A stretch of 64,000 nucleotides of DNA, taken from the NCBI GenBank assembly GCA_002104905.1, contig MCFE01000204.1:62001-126000 (forward strand), read 5' to 3'. Within the stretch, counting starts at the first letter, position 1. Each line of letters opens with the position of its first letter. The notes beneath the pieces are model-generated. The model was given only the letters and a program-made list of their open reading frames with translations, was not told the DNA's origin and searched no databases. Shown piece after piece: positions 24,889 to 36,988 of the stretch. The DNA comes from Basidiobolus meristosporus CBS 931.73. Lineage: Eukaryota > Fungi > Basidiobolomycota. The translations under genes were made by a program, and so were the position numbers.

Positions 24889-25951
24889 ATGTTCACTAAT
24901 CGTCTTAGTATACTTTTGGCTTGGCTTTCAACGGGAATTCCTTATGCTGCTCTGGCAGCTAAAAATGATACTTCTCAAGTGCTCTCTAGAAATTCTCTGC
25001 CACCTGACGGGAAATGGTTTAACCGGATTATGATTGTCATGTTGGAAAATACTGATTTTGACGTGGCAGCAAAGAATCAATATTTTACTGACATCGCAAA
25101 AAGGGGTCTATTACTCACCAACTTCTATGGTGTAACGCACCCATCCAAAGGTAACTACATTGCGCAGGTGTATGGATCTTTTGAGGACCTAGAAGATGAC
25201 GGACCCAAAACGTAAGCAGTTTCATTCTAAACAAGGAATGCATCATATTGACCAAGGCTTCGTCGTATTAGCTTTGCCGGGAATAATCTAGTGGATCTTT
25301 TAGAGTCAAAGATGTTGTCCTGGAAGGCATACCAGGAGGACTATCCAGGAAACTGTTTTCCCGGTAATACTGATCTGTATTTCGAAAAACACAACCCTTT
25401 TATTACAATGGAAAACGTGAGGTAATTCAAACCAGTGTATAGATTTTGGCGTGTGCCGTGGTAACACATTTTATAGAAACCGTCCGGAACGATGCGCAAA
25501 GATCGTCGACGCCTCTGAACTTGATAAGGATATTCGTATGGACACGTTGCCACACCTTATATACTTCACTCCGAACATCCTAAACGATGCACACGACACT
25601 GATATTTCGTTTGCAGCAAATTGGTTGAAAAAATTTATCGAGCCCAAGCTAGCTAATGCCGAGCTCATGGACGAGATGCTCGTAGTAATTACTTTTGATG
25701 AGCGCGAAAGTTTCAACTCCAGCAATGATCCTGACAACAAGGTATTCACAGTGCTGCTTGGTAAAGGGATTCAACAGCTTCCAAATGGGATCGATTCAAC
25801 TCGATACGACCATTACAGTCTACTAAGGACTATCGAGGACAATTGGGAGTTAGGGACATTGGGTAGAAACGATACGAAAGCATATCCATTTAAGAATCTT
25901 GTCCCATTAATAGATTTGGCTCAAAAAGAGCTGGGCGAAGATGATTTCTGA
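24889..25951 (+). CDS. Secreted phosphoesterase / acid phosphatase (PF04185 AcpA-PLC superfamily), 3 exons
   Basis: Signal-peptide-like N-terminus; motifs MLENTDF, THPSKGNY (Ser nucleophile position), KHNPF, DAHDT, TFDE, YDHYSLLRTIEDNWELG. Confidence 0.9.
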
Positions 25952-27497
25952 GCACTCGAGCAATACTTGGAGTAGTGATCACTTTAATATGTAGCTGTAA
26001 ATCGTGTTTGGATCAAATGGTTATTTTATCTATTGAGTTCGCATTGTAATAAAAGCATCCTAATCTTTGCTCTAATAATGCATATGCATTAAAAATCCAT
26101 TGACGCTCAACTTGAAAACCCACAGATGTGGAATATATTGTTATTTGCTTGAAATTTTTCTTCAGCTATAGTATCAACAATCCTTATCCCACTGTTGGAT
26201 TGTGCTTTTCATCCAGTTTTTGTGTATCCACATCCTGACATATAAACCCATATATATATATCAGCAGTGTTTCAAAATGAACACCGTCGAGTCGTTAGAG
26301 CATCTAATTAAAGGCGAGCATTCTTTTTCCATCTTGTAGCAACGAAGTAATCGCTATGATTGCGACAAGTACCAACTGATAGCTAATATTGTGTGCACGA
26401 TAGAGAGGTTAATCGATACCAAAATCATCGATGGAGTGACATTGCTCACTCATAATCATGCACAGAGCATCTGTGAGGTTGGGTCACTAAGTAGATTATC
26501 AGTTCAGGTACGGGTTGCTTTGCTTCGTATTCCTATCGGTGGAGAATGTTGATTCCCTTTATTAGACACCAAAAGCCACACTTACCAAGCTAGTACATTT
26601 ATTCGATACGGAGGAGTTACGTGGTATTTGTTTTCGCATCAATTCTATTCAGAAGACAGTCAGAGATCTCACTAAAGTTTCTGCGCTCTTTAGAAACTTC
26701 GCTTTCTCTAGGAGAATTTCCAACATTTATAATTGTCAAGAAGACTGTTTCCAGGTATTGCTCCATGTTTGAGAAGCTTGTCCGAACTTAACTTACACTT
26801 TCGTTTGAAGTATACATGCTGTTACTTCTGGTGCTGACCGTGCCCTAATAATCCACAATTTACCGTTTGGGTTGTTGCTTGCCGTTGCTACATACCCTAA
26901 TACGCTTGAACAGTCCACCAAACTGGTAGAAGATTTTGCAAGACTGCTTTATTAAATAATTCACACAATAGTAGATATTCAATAAAATGTATTAACCAGC
27001 TCTATCTTTGTCATGGTGGTAGATGGCGCACAAAACATGGTGTTTGAAGGTGGGAGCTTACATATCAAAAATCATCACATTATCTATGTGTACGGAATTC
27101 GGGCAACATCAATCTCAAATGAGAACATTTTTGAGTTGAGAGGATAAATTGTAATGTTGAAGAACCCTACAAACTCATGGTCGGCGTTAATGTGATAGGG
27201 AAACGTGTTTGTCTGTATTGATTTGAGCTGATTACTACATTGTATTAGTGCAATAATAACACTGCATATTTCTTATTGTTGCCACAAAAAGCTTCAACTG
27301 ATTCTCAAGCAAATGGAACTCTTTGGAATGGATAATTGACACTGACAAATGCATATTTAGCCGATGAAACAGTGGTCCCCCGGATAAAAAAGGAGACCCG
27401 GAATATATTTCCATATGAGGTATATTAATCAGGGAGCCGATAGGGTATAAATATATCTAATGAGGCAGAGGCCATCACAAACCTTATCATCTACAAA

Positions 27498-28353
27498 ATG
27501 GCAATTACCATCACACCAAGACGAAGCGAAGAACGCGGTCATGCTAACCACGGATGGCTGGACAGCTATCATACATTTAGTTTTGCTAGCTATTGGGATG
27601 CTCGTTTTGAGCAATATGGCCCACTCAGGGTAATCAATGAAGATATCGTCCAAGGAGGTAAGTGTTGATATTCGTAACTTAATATTCTTGTTCGAGAACT
27701 GACCAAACCATCAGGTGCTGGCTTCCCAACACACCCTCACAGGGAGTTTGAAATCTGGTCGTACGTAGTGTCAGGAGAGTTGATGCATAAAGACAGTAAG
27801 TATCATCTTTATCATCATCCAGCTGACTATCCTTCCTAACCTTGCTTTCCATCAAGGCACTGGAACCCACGAAACAATCAAACGTGGCCAAGTTCAATTC
27901 ACTACCGCCGGTACTGGTGTTACCCACTCTGAATTCAACGCCCACCCTAAAGATCCAGTGCATTTTATTCAGATCTGGGCCAAACCTGACCAAAGTAGGC
28001 TCCCTCCAAATTATGTGACTATGGAGTGGGATGAGGATGATAAAATCAACAAGTTATGCCTGATTATCAAACCAACTGGAAAGGCCGGTGCTAGAGCCAT
28101 CCAGTGCCATACCGACCTCTGGATGTATGCCTCAATCCTCAAGAAAGACAACCAAGTGGTCCATAGTATTGAGGCCTCGGGTCGTAAACAGTACATCCAT
28201 CTTATAAATACTGGAGGGAAGCTTGAGGTTGGTGGTGTCCAATTAAATAGTGGTGATGGTGCATTCATTAGCGAGGCCAATCAAGGCGATCAGCTGGTTA
28301 TTACCTCCATTGGAGAAGAACCCGCGGAATTTCTACTTTTCGATATGCAATAA
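27498..28353 (+). CDS. Pirin-family cupin (YhhW/quercetinase-like), 3 exons
   Basis: [60 protein letters not shown]. Metal ligands HxH and HSE are intact. Confidence 0.95.
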
Positions 28354-29832
28354 CCCCCTTGTGTAAATAAACTCAATTTTACTAAGCCTCAGGGCTCAAC
28401 TGAAGGCTCCAGTAACAAACCAATATGTGCCAACCGATTTTTCGAGCCTACTCTTCGTCACCACATCCAGTGGTTCTTTTGGCCTAGTGGTAATAGTGGG
28501 CCTGAGGGAGTCTATCATCAGTAAGACTTTGACTCAAGATCATCCATTGGCTTTATCTGGTTGGCCCTGATTTTGCATAGAAAGTGAAAAACATCTCATT
28601 GTAGCTTGGTATGCAAGCTCATTTGGCCATCAATGGCATGGTTCTTTTGGAAACTAAGGTTGCAACACTGCCACTAAGAATTAAACTGTGTTAACTCCGT
28701 CTCTGATGCAAGCTGATGACTGAGTCCATTATGTGGGAAAGGTTCCTGCCAAACCTCATCAGCTTCTTTGTAGCCAGAATACTATAGATATCATGGACTC
28801 TTCAGCAGTCACCTATTCTGCATATTCAGTGAAATCTGCAAGCTTATTGACTCTTGTCAAACCTGATGTATTGTTAATTTTCTAATACTACAGTATGACG
28901 TCACTTCTCAATCGCACCAAATGGGTGATACATCCACCCTTTTGCCGATAATATTGATAGATCCAGTCAATATCGATGATGTTGATCCAGATTGATCGTC
29001 GATAGTGATTTGTGACCAGAGTCTTTATATTTACTTCACAATCGTATTTTAAGCTAGAATGCTATTGTATATGGCATATCAAGCAAGAATAGCCCACATG
29101 GATCGGCTCCCAATTAGTCAATATTTTCCAGGACTACCAGAGCGTCACAACGTCCTTTCGCTGAGATATAGGCAAGGAATAGTGCCGTTCTTGATAAATA
29201 TAGTATAGCAGCTCATTCTCTCTGGTGAGATCTCCGCTAAAGATATCTGCCAACATATCGAGGGTTCTATAAAAGTATTAGCATGAGAGGAGCACGTGTT
29301 TTGTTTCCACATTGAACAGGAAGCAGCAATAGAAATATTTAAGAGCATCTCCGGCTTTTGGTCAATACAGTCATGTGCCAGAGTATTTCCGGATTTAGAG
29401 GAATTCTCAGAATTAGCCGGCTGTATTCATCCACTACCCAGGGGAATCTCGGTGTTCGATCAGCTCTACAAAAATCCGCCAGACCAATCACTCCCGTATG
29501 TCGCATTGCCCATATTAGTAATATAGACACTAGACTCTGCGGTTTGCTATCATTTTGAACTGGTGGCAATGATTTGATCGTCTGAAGCCATCCAGCACTT
29601 GCGAGTACCAGAATTAGAAAATAGTTACGTTTAAATCTTCCTTGGGATACTTACACTCGTCATATCCAATCAATTAATTTCGGTTCTCGGCCAATTAGAT
29701 ATGGCGCCGGGGGTATTTGCACATTACTTTACCGTCCACCTGAGGCATTCTTAACCAGGCTCCACTCCGTGAAACTTTAGCACTTTTCTCTTTCATTCTT
29801 TCCTACTTTCCTCTCGAAGTATATCATATAAC

Positions 29833-31315
29833 ATGGCTGGGAAAACCACCAAAAATGAGGACAAAACCGAAACTCTTACCAACGTTGCTCCTCACCACAG
29901 GAGCACTTTCATGTCTTTCCTAAAGGATGTTACTTCATTTACCGGGGATCTTTCAGCCTTGACCTGTCCCTCGTTCATGCTGAACGGTGTTTCTCTCTTG
30001 GAATATAGGTTAGTTCTACTTTTCTTCACGGACTACTTCAAAAGCACCAACCTTCATTTGTCCACTTAGCACCTACTGGGGTGATCACCCACAGTTATTG
30101 GCAGCTATCGCCAAACCAGAATCTCCGGAAGGTATATCTTCCTTCTCTTGCTGCTTACTTCGCTTTGTCATATACTCATCTCATTTCTACTCGCAGAGCG
30201 TATGATCGCGGTTGCACGCTGGTTTATTTCTACTCTGTACGGTAGCTACTTCGCTGGCTGTGTCGGTTCCACCAGTAAAAAGCCTTTCAACCCCATTCTT
30301 GGCGAGCAGTTTTTCTGCAGATGGGATGATGTTGACGGTTCTGGTGATGCCCACCTTGTGTGTGAACAAGGTAGGTTACATAGATAACAGCGAACAATCG
30401 ACTTTACCAATACCTAAACATCAACTATATAGTGAGTCACCATCCCCCAATTTCCGCCTTCTACATTGAAAACCCAAAAGCTGGAGTGTATCTCAACGGC
30501 CATTGTAAGTATGAATTGTCAGATCCAACCGTTAGAAGTTTACTCATATTCCATGCTTGCAGTTGGACAAAAGTCAAAATTCAAGGGTACTTCTATTCAG
30601 GTGAGTTTCATATGCTTTTCGGGCTTCAGTTCCGTTATTAATAATATGTTAGGTTATCCAACCTGGTAGAGTAACTGTCCGTACCACAAAAAATGATGAA
30701 TCCTACGTTGTCACTTTCCCAGACCTTTACATCAGATCGCTTTTGGTCGGAAACCCATTTATTGAGGTTGCCGGGCCAACTTCTATCGAGTGTTCCAACG
30801 GATACGTGACAGAATTTGAATTTCTAAGCAAACCGTGGTTCGGTGGTAAATACCACAAATTTACCGGGAATATCTTCCATAAAGATGATCCCAAGAATAT
30901 CCTTTACAGTATAGCAGGCAAATGGATGGCTGAATCGACTATTACCAACAATGTCACCAAGGAGTCGGAGCTATTTTTCGATGCCACTGCTACACCACCA
31001 GCCAAATACATTGTTGCACCTTTCCAAGAGCAATCTGAAATCGAGTCTAGGAGAGTTTGGGTCAAGGTGGCTCAAGCTATCCAAAAGCAGGAGTACAGCC
31101 TGGCTACTACTCACAAGAACGAGGTCGAAAACGCTCAAAGAGCACTTGTCAAGGAACGTAACAGCAAAGGAGAAGAATGGAAGCAGAGAATGTTCTATTT
31201 CGTGAAAGACCCTGTTCAGGAAAATGTAAATGTCAAATATAAGAACAAGTCCAAAACTGGAGACGTCGGCGCTTGGGTGTATAACAAGTCTCTCCATCTT
31301 CAAAACGAGAGTTAA
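29833..31315 (+). CDS. Oxysterol-binding protein, short ORD-only type (Kes1/Osh4-like), multi-exon
   Basis: GDLSALTCPSFML..SLLEY, KKPFNPILGEQF, signature EQ|VSHHPPISAF, ESRRVWVKVA, KNEVENAQR. Confidence 0.93.
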
Positions 31316-34173
31316 TACTTTTGAAGATGCCTTTGTATAAGAATAGACTTACGAATCTTTGTACCAACGGATTTTCAGGATGTTGGTCCATTCAAATTCG
31401 TAGAACCACCTTGACGTAATAGATTAGCAAAGGCTAATCACACAGTAGTTACTGCTTGTACTTGTTTGACATGTCTTCCCTGCCCACTACCTTGGTTTAT
31501 TTGTTATTAAAATCCAGTGTAAACTTATGCATAGTCCACAAGGTCGAGTCGTTCGAGGTTTAGCAAATTCAATGCATTGCGTGTTGGCGCTCAGACACAT
31601 GGAATCGCGTATATATTCATCCTCCAAAGATCCGAAGCTGGTTGAAAATATTATCCGAATGTTTAACCCTCCCGAGTATAGCCAGCCACCCGAAAGATCC
31701 TCCAGTAAATTCATGCCTGCATTCGTATCCTGAGAACCTATTTTGGCAATGATGCACTAAATCCCGTGGCTTTGAGCGCGCAAACACATGGGATTCGGTT
31801 GGCTAACCAATTGAAGGGAAATATTTTTACAATTTCTCCGATTTTTCTATGTATAATGAGGGCCAGAAAGTTTAGTCCAGAATGGTTAAAATGCTGTATA
31901 TATGCATTCTTGCTTTTTGTGGTGATATCAGGTACAACCTACTCTAGATATAGCATAGTACGGTAGGGGGTTCTTCCAAATTTCAAAACCGTAAACGTGG
32001 TCTTTATATGAGAAGCCACTACCCAGCATTTCAATTTGGGTCAGATATTTCAGCAAGTGGAAGTAAACCACACTGGAACGCACTACGTTAGAAAAGACCC
32101 ATTAGGAAGTCAATTGCAGAAGGGCATTTCACAAGTGCAACGAACACTCTCGCTGTGCACATTCCGCTTACCCACTCACCCCTAGCCCATTGATAATCAT
32201 TGACAGAATCGAAGCCCTCTTTAGGCAAGTCGTTTCAATAGCTTCGGTATTTCCCATGTCAGCCGCCCATCCGCGGCTCAAATTTCCGCGAGCTTAATTT
32301 AGAACAATCACCAACCAGCCTTAGATATTCGCGCAGGATGATACTATCGAAACTCAAGATATGCTGGATTCTATTATAACCAGCAACATTTGTACAAAAG
32401 CTTGATCATCGTGCAACCGTATCGCTGATCTAACAACCAAATCAAGAAACCTGAATGCTGGAAAATTTACACAGTAAGTACAAAATGTCATTACCAGCAT
32501 AGTGATGTTTAAGGGAGCGTCATCAGTTGCTTCATCGAGGAAATAGAGCACAAATTGGATACCTAACATGTGGTCTGCATCGAAAATGTGGCATGCTAAC
32601 AAGTTTTGGGGTATCAAAGAACATAAAGACTGCCATATACCTTTGCCATCCGCAGTCTGCTCATTTGGAAACCATTTTGCCCACAGTAATAGATTTCAAT
32701 ACAATTAGCCGATAAGATCTAGGACTCGGATTGCAAGGATGACATCTTAAATGCGGAAATTAGGCTGGCTTTACTCCGCAATTCTATATATTCAACAAAC
32801 ACGCTCTGGCTGAAGATAGCACTATGTGACACCAAGCAAACAACTGGGAGTCGCTTAAAACCAATTCATGGCTGGATTGCAGTTGTACAGCCGCAATCTC
32901 ATTTACCAATCTGATGATGACTTGTGCAGTTGTATTCAAGGTTTGTGCATCTGAGATTGGAACAAGGTTCCACTCGAAGAACTTACGGAAAATAGGGCAA
33001 CTGTTGGACAAAGGGCCTTCGTGAACAGTAGATGGCTATGAGCCGTAAAGCAATGCGTATTAACGTATCAAATCAGTGCCTATTCTACTATATTAGCACA
33101 ATGTGGTCATGCGCTTTCATTTATCAAGCACAAACAACCAGGCTTCCTTGCTGGTAAACATGCATCTCATTCTGAAAAAGCAAAGGAATAATCGCATTGG
33201 ACAAGATAGCTTCCGACCTGGAGCCTTATCTAATGCGATGCCTTCATCCCCCTAATTTTCCAGCAGCTTTGCACTCGAGAGTAAGAAATCTGACAGTGAA
33301 CAACACGATGTATGGTAGAATGAGGTTACTCATTAAATATCCAGAGCGATAACCCTGGCTTACAGATTTGTACGAATCTCTATGTGGTTATATCTGATCA
33401 GAGAGGCATTCCGGATTCCACCGACTATTATCAAGAATCACCAACAGCAGATTTCTCGTAGCCTCTACACTGAGGCCATGTGCCACCGTAGCTTTGATCC
33501 AATTAATCAAATAGGGGTGTCGTCCCAATCTAAACAGTTGCTTTATTCGCAGATTTCTTGGCACTCTTAACATAGATTTTGTTATTGAAAACGATGAAGT
33601 GGATTAATAATCAGTCAACCACACAGAATGCTCGGCAAAATATGGTAGAACATCACCTCTATGACTTGTCACTTTGTTTTAGGTTCACCCAGCTAGAGTT
33701 AATCCCTGTCATTCGCCGATTTTCCTAGTTGGGAAAGCTGTTAATGGCTGAATTATACCCTTGTCGGTCCGTTATTTGGCAGGTAACCGAGTCAAAATCA
33801 TTCAATGAGCATAGGTGTTTGAGGCTCTAATTAGCACGGTTATTAAGATTGCATACTGAGCCTAGTTTTTCTTAACGTAATCTATATTCTACCTTGGATT
33901 ATGTTTATTTGGGCCAGTTTTCCCGAACCTTGATTTTCGTTTTACAGCGTGAAAGATAAATTGAGTTGATCCATGTAAAATCGCCTATTTGTATAAATAG
34001 ATGGAATCCTCTTCTCCGCTTGGCTATACATCATCCTTTATAATTCTGTTGCTAATCAACCTCGGCTTGCTCTCGATCTCCTCGCCAATATTGTACAGTT
34101 ATCGTGGCACTAACTTCCGATTCCAAAGCCCGCTCCAAATCGCCCACAGCCTGGAGCCCACTACAATTCTATT

Positions 34174-35118
34174 ATGCAAACTTATTTTGGTTACATCGAA
34201 TCAGTTCTCGATGCGCTCTTGGTGATTGAAGCCTGTCGTTTGGGCTATCTTAATCGGGTGCAAAGACGATTGAGTGAGAAAGAACGGCAGAACCTTCAGT
34301 CGGGCTCTGTATATGTTTGGGAGGAAGAGGAATCTGGGATGCGTCGTTGGACAGATGGTCGAGCATGGTCTCCTTCACGTGTCCTTGGAAGTTTTTTGGT
34401 TTATCGTGAGCTCGAGAATAAACGGAAATACAATAAATCCCTGTTGAATCACCCCTCTCCTCCATTATCCGTTATAGAAGGGGATCTAAGTGACAAGCGC
34501 GACAATTCCCATATGGAGTTCCCGTTTAAAGATCACGGCCTGGTCAAGCAGTCTCTTTCGGTTACCACCGCTAGCAATCGCAAACTCCACCTGATTAGTT
34601 ACTATTCCAAAGAACACATCGCCTCCGGCCGGTTGAAAACGCCCTCCATTGATCCTTTCTTTTCTCATATCCGGGTTCCTAAAGGACTCTACCCTGACAT
34701 GAATGCTGAGTATGAGGATACTCGATTCCTGTTAGCTGATAATCCTCAAGCTATCAGCACCAGGTCCAATTCATTGGCATTTCGGCCGACCCGCTCAGAT
34801 TCTTGGGAAAACCAAAATCAAAGTGCGCTAGTCAAGACACCGAACCATGAACGTTCGTCGCCATTCCAACATACATCGCTCCTACCAAGCCCACCAGCCC
34901 CCGAGCAAGCTTCAGTCTCAGCAGCAGAGCTAGACCTTCCACCACTCAAGTTACCCCGACTCCCTAGTCTTAACCTGATAGCAGATGTTCGCTCAACACC
35001 ACCAAACACCCTTACACCTCACCCTACACTCCCTCCATTGGTAGTTCCAATGCCTAATATCTCCACTAGTGAAGATCATCGGCAATTAGCCCATTTGTCA
35101 ACAACGTTCTCGATCTAG
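34174..35118 (+). CDS. Gti1/Pac2 (WOPR-domain) transcription factor, intronless, 314 aa
   Basis: TYFGYIESVLDALLVIEAC, RRLSEKERQNLQSGSVYVWEEEESGMRRWTDGRAWSPSR..FLVYRE, GLVKQSLSV..KLHLISYY. Confidence 0.95.
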   Translation: MQTYFGYIESVLDALLVIEACRLGYLNRVQRRLSEKERQNLQSGSVYVWEEEESGMRRWTDGRAWSPSRVLGSFLVYRELENKRKYNKSLLNHPSPPLSVIEGDLSDKRDNSHMEFPFKDHGLVKQSLSVTTASNRKLHLISYYSKEHIASGRLKTPSIDPFFSHIRVPKGLYPDMNAEYEDTRFLLADNPQAISTRSNSLAFRPTRSDSWENQNQSALVKTPNHERSSPFQHTSLLPSPPAPEQASVSAAELDLPPLKLPRLPSLNLIADVRSTPPNTLTPHPTLPPLVVPMPNISTSEDHRQLAHLSTTFSI

Positions 35119-36468
35119 AATACTTTCCCATTCATTTCTCCCTAATGCTCTAACCAACAACGAGATGAGTCACCTTCATTCATCGGGTTCAAGTTAGGTG
35201 GTGACTCTTGGAGAATGATTTGAGTCTGTTTTTACAGACGTCAAATCCGTTCACGATTACTTTGATGCAATTCCACCGGACTCGACCATGTAATCCTTTT
35301 GATTGTTTACTCTGTATTTCTCTTTTCAATGCTTTTGTATATAGCGCTCAATAAAAAGATGATCAAAAAGTATGGACCATGAATCATTATGGGTTGTGAG
35401 TGGTGTTTCCGGATAAATGGTAAATGGCCCAGTTACCCCGACAAGCAAAGAAAGTCCGGTTGATAATTGATTGACTCGGTGGTACATTAAGCCGGATTCT
35501 CCTTGAGCGATAAGTGCTTGCATTACGATAAACCAGCTAGATCTAATATGCCAAGACCACCCAAACATCTTGCTGAAGCAATAGACAACTTCGGGAGAAT
35601 TGATAACAATTTTGCACAATACATCGAACCAGAAGTAGAGCTGATATATAGAGCTAACCATCGGATGATTGTTGCATAGCTACTCTACATTACCTGGTTA
35701 GATATTGCAACTGCGCCTGTGGAATGTCGCTTTCGAAAGCGACGGATATCCACAATACCTGGTTTGAAAATAAGAAATTATTGAATGCAATAATCGGATC
35801 CCTGCGGGTTCAACCGATCATCCTGACCATCCAGATACTTCCAAATCTGTTCATATTCAGGCCAAATGAGCTAATGCTTGATTACATGGAGCTAACCTTA
35901 TTCCTCCCTGTCACGGATCAGATCATCCACCGTGTAATCACACTGATTGCTTGAGCCGGCTCTACGAACTGTAAATTCTATCGTGCAATAGGAATAATAT
36001 AGGTGTTAGAATGTGAGTCATCCCGCCGGTTCGAGAATATTTATCCGAGATTACTCGAAACGTGTCACTGAAATGAGACTCAATTTTTCATATTCCTTTA
36101 ACACATCACTATAACCAGAAAACAGGCTTATCTATTGATAAATAGTACCTAACATGCTTATATACATCGACTTCGAAGACCACTTCCTGTCTTGCGGGTG
36201 ATCTTCCCGGTGTAAAACGACCTCAAAAAGCGAATTGTCAAATAGACCACAGCCATTTGACAGCTTTTATCATCATGTTCAATCGGTGTCTGGGGAGGAC
36301 GTCCGATTGTACGTTAAAGTTCTAATCTGTCGTGGTGAAGGATAAAAATGAGGGCTCTACATATCGATTGCTACCTTTTACGTGAGTGGCTGAAAGAATC
36401 GGATGATGGACAGTTCCCTCCCAAAAGAAACAACAAAGATCACGAAGTAAAGATGTAGGATGAAGAGA

Positions 36469-36988
36469 TTAAACCATGAAGCTTTGACCACAGCCACAAG
36501 TTTCTTTGATATTGGGGTTATGAAAAACGAATTGGGAGGATAATTTGTCCTCAATGTAATCCATTTCGAAAGTAAAGCCTTGGAATCTATCAGCACACAC
36601 ACACCTAAATTACTTCATAAATAAATAATTAGTAGGGGACATAGTCGAAATATTAGAAAGTTTCTGTAACCATCTTGCTTGACTTCTTCGTCAAACCTTT
36701 CCTTTTTCCCTGTGTATTCTAAAGAATAGCTTAGGCCAGAGCAACCTTTAGTCTTAACGCCTATTTTTAGCCACTGAGGGTTCAGGCCATCCTGGTTGCT
36801 GCGCTCTGAAAGCTGTTTAATTCTGTTGATTGCAGCAGGCGTCTGGTTGGTGGCAACAAACCGAGCGTCAGAAGGCAATCGAAAGGATCATATCGTGAGT
36901 CATTTACTATAGTGATGACTGGCTTTCGTGAGCGAAGGGTTGGGGCAGTCTGAGCGGCAGCCTTCTTGACCGTAGCAATTATAGACAT
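36469..36988 (-). pseudogene. ISA1: Iron-sulfur cluster assembly protein Isa1 (HesB/IscA family) with an internal frameshift
   Basis: Exons give ..ITI|TPAAINRIKQL..LKIGVKTKGCSGLSYSLEY..FDEEVKQDG|[11 protein letters not shown]. The conserved [32 protein letters not shown]-stop follows in a different frame (junction CTT TC GAA ATG at about 36562-36572). Family identity is secure; pseudogene status is not. Confidence 0.7.

Noticed and set aside
1-31315. Lipid-related genes (PX/Lec1-like, perilipin, ORP, PMP3) as a functional cluster
   Set aside because: They are interspersed with unrelated housekeeping genes, and I saw no shared motif or other sign of co-regulation.
35726-35743. Perfect 18-bp palindrome GTCGCTTTCGAAAGCGAC
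   Set aside because: Roughly 0.25 such palindromes are expected by chance in 64 kb, and there is no supporting context.
36378-36602. 74-aa hydrophobic ORF read as a separate membrane protein
   Set aside because: It is the out-of-frame continuation of ISA1 exon 3.
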